DNA of 64,000 bases. It comes from Klebsormidium nitens (lineage: Eukaryota; Plantae; Klebsormidiophyceae). The notes under the pieces were generated by a model. That model searched no databases. It was not told the DNA's origin and worked only from the letters and a program-made list of their open reading frames with translations. Shown here piece by piece: positions 43,001 through 53,870 of the stretch. Positions within the stretch are counted from its first letter, which is position 1. Every line of letters starts with the position of its first letter. Where the stretch lies: NCBI GenBank assembly GCA_000708835.1, contig DF237415.1, positions 1 to 64,000 on the forward strand, given 5' to 3'. Position numbers and translations under genes: made by a program.

Positions 43001-43440
43001 TACCTGCAAACAAGCCCGGCGGCATTTCCAGCTCCATCACTGACAGGACAAGTACCTGGGCTTGCACACTTGTACGCTTGTGTCGCCAAGCTGGTTTGTG
43101 CTGCCAGTGAAACTCTCCAACAAACCATTTTGCAGGAATATGTCTTGCAGTTTGCTGATGATGTGGTACTCTGTCGGTCAAGGCTAAGTTTCGAGCGGGT
43201 CTGAAACTCCTCTTAGCTTGAGCCAAAGCTGGGCTTGAGCCCCATGATTCGCACGATGTTGTGGTCTGCATATGGTATACTTGCATCTTATGCAGCCTTT
43301 TTGCTGTCAGACACAGATTGGAAACACAGAGAGATGAGCAACAATTGAATGCTACCTCAAGTTGAGTCAAAGACGAGTTGACAATAGGGGGTCCTTTTTG
43401 TGTGTACTGACATCACTCACAGAGTCACACCACACCTATG

Positions 43441-44125
43441 ACCATGAATCCTACTCCGGATTTTGCCAACTCCGGATTTTCGACTGTCATTCATCGATGA
43501 GGATCCAAACACCGGTCTCTGGCCCGTGCTTTCACCACCTCTCTGTCTGAGCTGAGGAGATCGCCCGGGCGACATTCAGTAGCCCTGCCCGTAGCCCAAC
43601 TTGCGATGTCTCTTCAATTTAGAAATAGTAAGCCCTGGCAATAGTAAGCTCCTGCACTAACACTAAAAACCTAACCCACTAAATCACCCGCTCCGCACCC
43701 GAACCCACCCTAACCACCAGACTAACCCCACCCGTCCTAGGCTATTGCTAAATTGAAGATTCTTCAACTTGCGCCCTCGGGGCCGGAAGAACCTCGGCCG
43801 GGGCTTGGTTACCGCAGTCGGGTTGCATTGGTCAGACAAGAAACAATACACACGAGATAGCCTGGTTTAACAAGCCGGTGTAAATGAGAGGGGGTGTCCT
43901 GCAGGGCTTTCACCAGCTCGGGGTTCGCCTCCCGACCAATTCCAAGGCAGGTTATCTTGCCCGTTAGAGAATACCTACGGTAGATAATAGGTCAAGAAGT
44001 GCCTCGTGTACCTATTTGCGATGTCCGCCGGCAACACCCCGGTAGAAGCAACTTTTCGCGCGTCCTCGTACGGTAGGTTTATGCAAAAATCCGGAGTTGA
44101 ATAAATCCGGAGTTGAATTCATGGT
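43441..44125. mobile_element. Non-autonomous DNA transposon (MITE-like), 685 bp, with 40-bp imperfect TIRs
   Basis: 43441-43480 reads ACCATGAATCCTACTCCGGATTTTGCCAACTCCGGATTTT. The reverse complement of 44086-44125 reads ACCATGAATTCAACTCCGGATTTATTCAACTCCGGATTTT, a 35/40 match. Each TIR holds two ACTCCGGATTT units. No unambiguous TSD. Confidence 0.75.
43611..43759. repeat. Nested 149-bp mini-element: 18-bp inverted repeats enclosing degenerate telomere-like CTAACCC repeats
   Basis: TCTTCAATTTAGAAATAG (43611-43628) matches the reverse complement of 43742-43759 (TCTTCAATTTAGCAATAG) at 17/18 positions. The interior contains cactaa, cctaaccc, ccctaacc and ctaacccc. Confidence 0.65.
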
Positions 44126-44509
44126 TATCCACCTCAGGCTCTGGAGACCATGGCTTGGCATGAGCTCCCTCCATGAAACCGGTACTGTGTGTACCTCCCT
44201 AGGTACGGGTACACAGACTCATGACTCGCGCTGTGGGTAGGTATACGGTACCTATTACCAGCTGCTGTGGCTCCAACGTCAACAACGGGATACAAGCCGG
44301 CAGAAACGGCTACAAAGAGCGCCTGCCGTTCAACGGACGCCGCTGTGCAGATGCACGTGCTCGAAAGATCGGAATAGCGACCGACAACTACGGAGGGCGG
44401 CTGTACTTGTCGCCGCCTGGACCGACGTGTGCAAGTTCGAATCTGCCGCATCGAACTCAGCAAGCCACGTCGACCAGTACCGTTTTATGATCACCACAGG
44501 TAAAAGTAC
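44008..44509. promoter_or_regulatory. Cluster of 10 GTAC cores upstream of the HIG1 gene (candidate SBP/SPL-CRR1 sites)
   Basis: GTAC at 44008, 44068, 44182, 44191, 44203, 44209, 44248, 44403, 44477 and 44506. Function is inferred. Confidence 0.35.
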
Positions 44510-44847
44510 CATTCGTTCTTTTCTTGATTGCAACAAGTTTTGGCAGCACAAGAGTCTCCCAAGTTTCTCCCTACTGATGTGCAGGGATGGAGATGCGGAG
44601 GAGGAGGCTTGGAATTTCAAAGTCCGCGGGCTTGCTGGCTTAATTCTGCTGCACCGTTCACGGCCTACGTGTGCGTCCGTTCGGTGAACCTTTATGGCTT
44701 TCTGAGGATTTTTACTGAGGGCATCCTATTCTTTAGATTGCCCTCCATAATGAGGCATTTGCAAATCTAAGCTAAGATCTATATTCGCTTCGGTGTCGTA
44801 ACAAACGGGGCAACCAGAGAAACTCTGGAAGCAGTAGCTGAACTAGC

Positions 44848-45435
44848 ATGACGCCCCCCAGTGCTGCGTTTGAGGAGGAGGAAGACATGTTTGCCTCTGG
44901 CAATAAGCGGAACCCGTGGGTGCCAGCCGGTAAGTGTCAGCCTGTGAAGCCCCATGTTCTGTTGTTGAAGCCGCAAGGATGCCAGCTTGACAGCACTGTG
45001 CTCGTTAGGGCAGGGGTTCTAGAACTTCTTTTCGTAGTCCGATGCTGCTTCTTGCAAAGTGATGATGGAGGTGTTTGTGTGGTGCACCACTGCTGTGTCG
45101 CTGTGTTGTAGAGTTCTGTTGCCCCGCAGGGTCTGTCAAAGGTAGCTGACTTCGTACCACCCATGCAGCCTGAGCACTTCAACCTGCTATGACTGCTGGA
45201 AGTGCATTGGTATGCTCTCCTGTTTGATGGACATCAACTGAAAGAGTAACGGGACTGGAATGTTGTAGGTGCATTCTTGACGGCCGGCGTGCTGGCTGCG
45301 GGACTTTATGCTTTCAAGAAGGGGAACACGCAGAGGAGTCAACAGCTCATGCGCGCACGAGTGGTTGCCCAGGGGGTCACCATTGCCATCATGGCAGCGT
45401 CGGTCGGAGCGGGGGGCTTCTCATTGAAAGGATAG
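44848..45435 (+). CDS. HIG1-domain (hypoxia-induced gene / RCF1-like) small mitochondrial membrane protein, 2 exons
   Basis: Exon 1 MTPPSAAFEEEEDMFASGNKRNPWVPA(G)|gtaagt. Exon 2 (45269-45435) AFLTAGVLAAGLYAFKKGNTQRSQQLMRARVVAQGVTIAIMAA carries the HIG1 signature (SQ)xxMRxRVxAQ. Confidence 0.9.
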
Positions 45436-47537
45436 ACTGTAATAGCAGGATCTATTATGGCATCAATACGTCGTGATCCCTTACTTAGGACCTGCAGTGA
45501 TTTTCTGAGTGGACAAGGAGGTCATCATGGGAAACTCCACAGGGGAGTGTTTGGCCATCTGCATGTACATACCAGCAAAAGTTCTTCTGTAATATAGCTA
45601 GTGTCTCCATTATGAGATGTGTTCAGTGTTGCTCACATTGAGCAAACAGATATCAAAGAAACTATTGGATCAAAATTCCTCATAATCTGCAAATACTTAA
45701 GTTCGAAGGGACCTCGATTTTAGTGCTGATTGACAATCATTTCAGTACGTCATCGAGCAAGCAGAATATCGACCAGAACAGGTGATCGACCAACGAAAAT
45801 AGCTTGCGCTTATAGGCTTTTGCAAGTTTAACGAGGTCTTTGCGAGCAAGAAATGCACTGATCGGTCCAGTCATAGAAGGTGCAAATCTATAGAGCGTTC
45901 AGTGACAGACACTTTGTATGGTGCAGAGCAGAGAACATACGAGCATGATCATTATGCCGGACTAGCTGGCAATTTAAAGGTACGCATGCCACATGTATCT
46001 GACTCTATTATTGACGCCTTCCTCACACTATTATTGCAAGCCATCTGGATTTGGGGAGCAAGAAACCATGCCATGTGCGGGAACATATTTGCAATATTTG
46101 TCTAAGTTCTAGGGTCTTCACTGCATGCTATACTAATTCTGCAACAACACAATTGGTCCGCTCAACATGACCATATAGTCCGCAACATTATATGGAGCCG
46201 CGCTCAGCCTGCGAGCTGCCGGTAAAGTATACCTTCGAAGTCCGGATGGTCACTTGCTGTTATAAACCCTGAGCCACGCTGAGCCATCGGGCAACACTCC
46301 GGTGAGACCGGGATACAATGAGTTGACTTTGCAGCTTGCTACGGCTGCAAGTCATGTCCGATGTTCGTCATTATTCACTGCGAAGAACAAGCAACAATCT
46401 GCAACCTACACATCATGCATACAAGGGCGAAATGTTCGTAGGCTCTACAAGTTTGAGATTGGTGTGATTCGACATATATTTCGACTATGGCCGCGGGCGT
46501 GCAAAGCCGGACAACGATCGATCACTTTCGAAGCCATCTCTTGCATATGCGCGAGCACTTTTTGGTGCAGACGATCCGTGTTCACCGCGCGTATACACCG
46601 TGACTGATTAGACTAGCAGATGTCACTGCAGGAAGATCTTGATTCGGGACCATGTGCTCCAGAATCGACCACGTATCAAAGAAATCTGAGATTATCGTAT
46701 CAACTATTTTTTTTGTAGAGTCGAGCATGTTAAGTCCAATTAGTCGCGGATGCAAAGCTCTAGGTCTAAGACACTTACATGCACTTCATACATGTATGCC
46801 ATGAGAAGCTTATGGCCTATTTAAGGCTACGGCGATCGTACGTTATGAAAAGAGACTATCGAGTTAATGGGCCGGGGCGCGCAGAAGCTTAGCAGGAAGC
46901 TCATCATTGGCCTTCAATGTCAATAATCCAATGATGATTCGACTTACCCTCGTTACGAATTTTCACAATACTTGGAGGATAAATGAGGGTGCACATGGGC
47001 TCTTGGATTCGGTCCCGGGTGGGGCTTGTTGCAACGGAGATGGCTTTCAACACTGTTACTATGGTTGGTCTCGATCGTTTAGCAAACCCTTGTCCCAGGG
47101 CTACGATATTTGAAGGAGCATGCCCAAAAGCATATTGAAGGACTTGCCATAATATACAGAGAAGAACCTCCGATATTTTGAAAATCGGTCCACTACCGTG
47201 AATAGCTTTACTACGATTGTGGAATCCCATGCACGTCAGTGCATATTTCCCCCATGTACCTTAGCGCAGCCCACTACCAGTTCATCTTATTTGCTATCCA
47301 TGTCACAAGGGAGCTCGTTTGACGTCGGAGCCAATAATGATAAGCAGACAATACGCACAGTGCAAGGAAAGCAGAAACTGCCATCTTACCATAAACGACA
47401 TGCATCTTGCAAACTTGGATATTGATAGCCTGCCTGCGGCCACGTTTCTCCAATCTTTCAGATCAGAGACTGCTTGCATTTGCCCAACAGTATATAATCA
47501 ATGATTCGAGCACAAGAACAAAGTTAGTAAGCGGATA

Positions 47538-50500
47538 TTACAAAGAAGTTGACTCGACAACAGGAAGCAGTTTCGATATTTGCTCTAATGGAAGGTTGTC
47601 GGACGTAATTTTCCGAAGAGAAGGTGTGTTGTACTCTGAGCTCGGAAACTTCACCACCTGCAAAAAGACTGGGAAGAGTCATAAACGGCGAATAATAGAC
47701 CCAAGAGAATCATCGAACCGGAGACAAAGATGCCCTGCAGCCTACCAGGCCGCACAGCAGGCCCGCCCCGCTCACCGTCTTGCCCTCGGGTGTCGTGAGC
47801 TGCTCCCAGCCCTTCCGCTCCTGCTGCCCGATGTACTTGTCGAGCAGGGGGCCGTTCATGTTGATGGCCTGTCACCACGTGCCAGCAGAGGCGGCTCAGC
47901 AACGGGACAACGGACCCTAACGACCATAGCGAGAAAGAAGGCATGTGGCGCAGATCCCAATTGGGACCCCCCCCACCAGGGAGGGGGGTCAGCTGGATGA
48001 TTTCATTTCAGTTGCATCAAAAGTTGGATGGCGGCATCTGTCCCGAAAACCAAGGGAAGGGCGTTCCAGATAAGCTTTACTGTGAGAGGCGCCGCATAAA
48101 ATCTGCTGTCATCGGATGAGATCCACCTTGTTTGAGACAAGTGCCGGCTGTGCTGGGGGGCTCAGCGGCAGCGGACACGCAGCATAGCACCTTTAGACTT
48201 GGCTTCATTTCTTTCCACGCTTCCCTCTCTGCTCTTCTGTAGCAAAAGGCAAGGCTTCTGCGGCGCCACAGCTCAAAAGAAGAGCTGGTTTGCCGCGTGC
48301 ACATCAACCACCGGCTCCTGCCCTGGCCCCGCAGTGGGCGGCCCTGTCCGGTGCCTGGCTGCTGCGGCAGGGGGGGGCTCACCTCTGCGAGGACGGGCAG
48401 CGGCACCCGCAGGTACGTCATGGCCAGCACGTGCACGGCATACCGCTGCATCGCCGCCTCAAAGCCTGCACCAAGCCATGCGCCGCACACCGCTCACACC
48501 CTCTCGCTGCATGCTGCTGATCAGCGCTGACATGGGTCACAGCAGCAGGAGCAGCGGAACCAGGCAGAATGCGGCCATGCGAGCTGCACACCTTTCACAA
48601 CGGACATTTTCACAGGGTGTATGCGGGTGAGGCTGTGGGCGTGCCCTGTGAGTCAGGCACTGTGGGCGGGGGCACGCCGTACCTGGGATGACCTCCAGGA
48701 TGTCGCGGTTGCGCGCCGCTTCGGTCCAGAACTCCTTGAAGCGCGCGGTCTGCACCACAGTACAGGCAGCGTGTCAGAGGGGGTGGCCGTCGGGTGCCAA
48801 GGACGTGGGGGTACGGCGGGGCACAGGAGCACCATGTGCGGCCCGGGGAGCCAAACAAATCCTCGTTTTAAAGGGTGGTGCTTCACACGTGCTCCTCGCA
48901 TTTCGGATTTGCCACTAGTAGAGGCAGAGCTGAGACTACGAGAGCATAGCGCGTNNNNNNNNNNNNNNNNNNNNNNNNNNNNNNNNNNNNNNNNNNNNNN
49001 NNNNNNNNNNNNNNNNNNNNNNNNNNNNNNNNNNNNNNNNNNNNNNNNNNNNNNNNNNNNNNNNNNNNNNNNNNNNNNNNNNNNNNNNNNNNGTCCTCCA
49101 TGTTTGGCAGAACTGATTGACCGATCCCAGATCGACCTCAGTCAGAAGAAACACAAGCTCTAAAGTGCACGCGGACTGCAGTTCCCCAGCAAGGGCCGCT
49201 CGTGCCTCGCAGGCGGTTTGCGCGAGGGCTGGCCCGGTGGCCCGCAGGCGGGGGCTGACCTCGAGGAGGGCGTCCAGGTTGAGCAGCGTGGCAAAGGGCT
49301 CCTCCACGTGCAGGCGCTCCGGGATGAGGCTCATGTACAGCTGGAAGTCGAGCGCGGGGAGCGCCATCAGGCCCTGCACGCAGGCCACACCACCGCTGCC
49401 AGCAGGCTCCCCCGCACGGACGGGCCACCAGCCAGACATGCAGGCCGGGGGCAAGCAATCGAATGGGGCACAAAGCCAGGTGCAAAGCATAGCCCCAGTC
49501 TCGGAGACGAACGTAATGCTCGTCAAAATTCTGGGCCGCTTCAACAAGCCTTCCTTTTTGTACCCAGTGGTGCGAACGTAAGGAGCTTCTGACGAGACTG
49601 AGACGAAAATTGTGCAAGAGCAGTGGTGTAGGCTCAGAGTGTGTTCGCGCACCGTTCCTCTGACCAGATGCCACCTGCCAGTGCCTTACCTTGACCAGGA
49701 TGCGCGCCACAGCATGGATGTTCACGCTCGCAGGATTGAACTGCACCAGTAAGGAGCGCACTCAAACCTTGCTCTCTGCCAGCGCACAGGTCTCAAACCT
49801 CTCCCAAGTGATTGCAGTTCTGACGGGCTGACGTGTCAACCAATGACCGAAAGTCGACAAGGACAATTCAAAAGAGCTCTTGTCAGCACGGACAGCGGTA
49901 ATGGCCGAGCGCCAGCACTTGCAGGCCTAACCGACCAGCTCTGGGCACCACTGTGGCGACGGCAGCTTTCCGCACGGGGTTGTCCAGTCTCACAATCTGC
50001 GAATCCAAGGAAGCCCAGGAGCAAGGGACACCGCTTACCTGATATAATCGCAGGAGGCAGAGGTTTGCGTTGAGATCGTAGGTCTCAGATACAATCTGCA
50101 CAGAAACAAGAAAGTTGGACGGCAGTTCCAAAGAAAGAACTCTGTTCAAATGAGCACAGCGATCTGGCCAGGCCCCTCTCTTGCAAGCAAGGAGCCCCAC
50201 GTACAAACTCAAGCTTGAAGTCAATGGGCACTACAATGCTTACCTGCTCTTGCACATAATCCTCCAGGTCAGGAAGCACGTCCGGATTGTCTGCAAATCA
50301 CATAGCGAGTGAGTCTGATTGCAGCAGCTTCAAATCCTGCGAGCACCACCATTAGGGTGTACCCATCGAACTGAACTCACCAATCACCAATTACCTTCCC
50401 ACTGGTCCAATGTCCATTGACAGAGATGTTGCAAACCAAGTTGTAAAAAAGTTTTACCCCGCTTCCTTTCTTGTCCTCATAACCTTTCTACCGCGAATTC

Positions 50501-50633
50501 CCATCCAAATCACAGCGATGCGCCTTTGCTCACATTGTGCATGGCTGAGGATCTGGTGCACTCGCCCCTTGAGCGACTGCCGCTCTGCTGCCTCCTGCTT
50601 CCTCTTGCCCCAGTGGTCAGTGCTGCTCGCCAT
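47538..50633 (-). CDS. EIF3K: Eukaryotic translation initiation factor 3 subunit K (spliced; N-gap 48955-49092 in an intron)
   Basis: Spliced peptides MASSTDHW...HAQ|YNPDVLPDLEDYVQEQ, ETYDLNANLCLLRLYQ, FNPASVNIHAVARILVK, LMALPALDFQLYMSLIPERL, TARFKEFWTEAARNRDILEVIPG, FEAAMQRYAVHVLAMTY and ...DNLPLEQISKLLPVVESTSL-stop. Confidence 0.92.
48955..49092. other. Assembly gap (N run)
   Basis: Run of n in the sequence. Confidence 0.99.
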
Positions 50634-51180
50634 CCTGGCAATGCAGGGCCTGGGAGACACGCACACTGCCGGCAGCGCCCACAAACAAAGGCCCAGGGCA
50701 CACACAGGACGACGTCAAGTGGCGCTCTGACCGTGGCCCTGGGCAACTTCACGATTTTGACAGCTCGAAAGTTCTCACAATGACAAGAGAGTCACAAGTT
50801 CAAATCGCAGCGGCGGCAGAGCGGTTACTGCAGGGAGATCCGAAGTCCAGTCTTGAGGCACTCTCATTGTCAAGAGTCAAGGTGGCTTGGAGCCTTGGAC
50901 TCTCGAGCCAAGAAAATTGCAAATCGTGCACACGACCAGTGCAGCCTAGCGACAGGAACCATCATGCAGGAACTACAGACCTGCTTCCGATCTTCACATT
51001 CACCTCATCACTGTTCACCAGATATTGTTGGCGCTCTGCTGTGGGCATCAGCTGCCAGCAGATACAAAAGTACAGCAGGCAATCAGCCTGAACAGCAGGG
51101 CAAGTAAGATCTCTCATTGTCAATGTTTGCATGCCGCTTTGTGTATCACCTTTGGAGAGATTTACCTCCTAGTCTAGGGC

Positions 51181-53004
51181 ATGAAGCGCGGGGTGCGAGC
51201 GGTGTGCCTGGCATGGCTGGTGGTCGTGCTGGCTGTTGCGGAGGGTGCCTTTGAGTCGGACGAGCTGGAGTGGGAGGCGGAGGAGGCGCCGCTGCCCCTG
51301 CCCAAGGAGCTGCCGACCGCCACCACTCGCGCACCGGGCGCAGCGGCCCAGGACAGCGCACGGGCAGCGGGCGGAGCGGGGGCGGGGGACAGCGGCGACG
51401 CGGGCGTGGTGTTCCCCCTGGAGCACAGCCTGGACGGGGTCACCTTCACACCGGCGGGCGAGTTCAGCGCCAAGCTGAGGCCCGTGGCAGGCCAGGTGGG
51501 GTGCACCGAGAGAATTGCACACCTTGTTTGTTGCTTTCTGTGCACTGCTGCGCAGTGTTGGTTCCCCGGCTGCTGCTGCTTGCATGGTCTACAACGAGAC
51601 CAGATCATGCGTTCAGGCTGGGCTGCCAGGAGCAACATTGCGCGTTGTTTTCTCAAACTCCATTCTGTGGGCCACCGGTGGTGTCTGGCTGAGTCCTCAC
51701 AGTGCCCCTCTGATTAAGCTGATTGGTGTGCCTGGACACCCATGCTGCATCCCGGCTGTGCCACCGGCCCTGACGCGCTGCTCTGTGTGTTGCGTGCGCT
51801 GCAGGCTGTCCCCAAGCTGACGCGCGTGCGCCTCGCACGCCAGCCGTGGTCGCCTGCGGAGCAGCGCGCATTTGTGGACCTGATAGCACGCAATGGCTAC
51901 TACCGCCTGCGCGTCCCCGCCCACGTCTTCTCGGCTGCGGGCCCCCCCTACGTGGTGACGGCGGTGCGCGCAGCGTGCCTGGCGGACGCGCGCTTCAATG
52001 AGCACTTTGACCTGCACGTGGACACCGCCGGCCACGTCCTGGCGCTGGGCTACAAGACGTTTGTGGACTGCACCAAAGCCAGCGGAGAACCGGTGAGCCT
52101 GCACGCCCTCGACTTTTCCTCGGGCCATCCCCAAATGATGAAGGATCTTGCAGCTAGCACCAGGGCCTATCGCCTGCCTGACTGTGTGGGCTTGGAAGCT
52201 GGGTCGTTGAGATGCTGGGGCCTCGCGGGCTGCTCCATGGAGCTTGCGGATGCCGCCCGCTGATGCGCGCGTCCTCTGTCTGTGGGTGCAGCCGCGCGAG
52301 TGGACGTTCAGCAGCACGGCCACGGTGCGCTCCAGCCTCACAGCCCCCAGGTCAGCCGCGCCGCACGGGGCCCCTGGGCGGGGCGGGGAGTGGGAACGTG
52401 CTGCGCAATAGAACGTGTGCGGGGCAAGCGTGTCAGAGGGAGGCCCCCATCACATGCCTTCTGGATCCGACGTGGTTCCATGTCTGGACATCTTGTGGCA
52501 AGGCTGGACTTGTTGCTGCCGCTGCTGTGCCTCTGTTCTGACTGCCGGGGGGGTTGCGCTGCAGGCTGGCGGCCACGCTGAGCAGCATGGACGCCCTGAA
52601 GCCGCCCAAGGCGCCCAAGCTGCCGCCGCGGGTGGAGGGGGGCGGGAGCGGCAAGGACGGCGAGGCAGCGGGCGGGGAGGGGGATGAGGAGGAGGAGGAG
52701 GAGAAGACGTTCTTCCAGAAATACGTGAGCGCCGGACAGCCAGCTCGCCAATCAACGACTTGGGTCGATGACCGCAAGCCTGAAGCTTGTTTTCGGGCTC
52801 GCTCTCTTGGGCTGCGCACACAGTCGGGTTGCGTGCGCTGCCTCTATTGCCCTCATCGTCTCGTCCTTGAGAGGTCGTGCTGCTGATCTGTTGGTTGTTC
52901 TACGCGTACAGTGGCTGTACATGATCCCCGCGGGCCTGCTCCTGCTCAACATGATGGCAGCCGCGGCGCCGGACGAGGCTGCGCAAGGGGCATCGCGGAG
53001 GTGA
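51181..53004 (+). CDS. EMC10: ER membrane protein complex subunit 10-like type I membrane protein (spliced)
   Basis: Signal peptide, FPLEHSL motif, NGYYRLRV...VVTAVRAACL...EHFDLHVD core, and the C-terminal EKTFFQKY|WLYMIPAGLLLLNMM transmembrane signature. Confidence 0.82.
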
Positions 53005-53870
53005 CAGGCAGAGAGCCAAGCCTTGGTCAGAGTGACCATGTCTGGGTTGTGAGTCGGATGACGCTTCCCCTCTACGGTGCCTTCCCTACATGAACAAGGG
53101 TTCGATGGACTCGATGATCCAACTATTAATACTAGCACGTCGTTATAAAGCTGTTCTCTGCAATGTTATTTTGGCATGGCTTACGGCTTCTGGTGTATGG
53201 ACATGCTTTGGTCATTAGTACAGGGAGCTTATCATGTTGAAAGCATCCAAGGCTTGTCTAACGAGTGTGTCGTGACATTCTGGCGGCCAGGGCCGATCCA
53301 ATCACGTGGACAGCCTCGAAAGTGCCTAGAGTCGTCTGTTTGCAGTCGCCCTGGCGTGTGACTACCGTGCCTAGCCGGGCCAGCATGCAGCCTGAGTGAC
53401 TGCTTGTACATATGACGGCGCAACTTATCACCCTTGACTGCATTCTACACCGATCCATGGTATGTATGATCGAGTCCATCATCGGCTTCATGGCCTAGGT
53501 GTATGGCGACAAGGAATGAATCAGCATGCTCTCTCGCGACATATCATTAATTTGAATAGCCGTCTCGTTAAGGACTACGCGTGAATACCTTATATATATA
53601 CACATATGATCACGTCTGCGAGGTGATTCAGTATGGCCGCTTTAAAAAGCTTTGATCATGATTTCCTCACTACGGAAACTGTCACTTTCAAGTTTGATTC
53701 AGTCGTGGTGCTATATGTCTGTAACGATGATGCATGGATTCAGCCTATTCAATATACCCACTGTCCAACTCCCACAGTCTTACAAAAGCTTTTGAACGGT
53801 TGTGGTATTAGGGAGCAACCCTTTAACCGATGCCAACTCAATATCCAATATTTACGCCCACATTCGTTCG

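Noticed and set aside
43230-43275. Kinase-like HNIVRIMG peptide on the minus strand
   Set aside because: It is followed by a stop, with no other kinase subdomains in the right order.
46980-47140. Thaumatin-like fragments (GACCNG..., FEGACPKAY)
   Set aside because: They are in different frames, end in stops and lack the other conserved Cys. Probably chance.
48191-48237. AG/GT-bounded purine-rich segment in an eIF3k intron
   Set aside because: About 46 nt, not frame-preserving, and the flanking exons already join to the expected eIF3k sequence.
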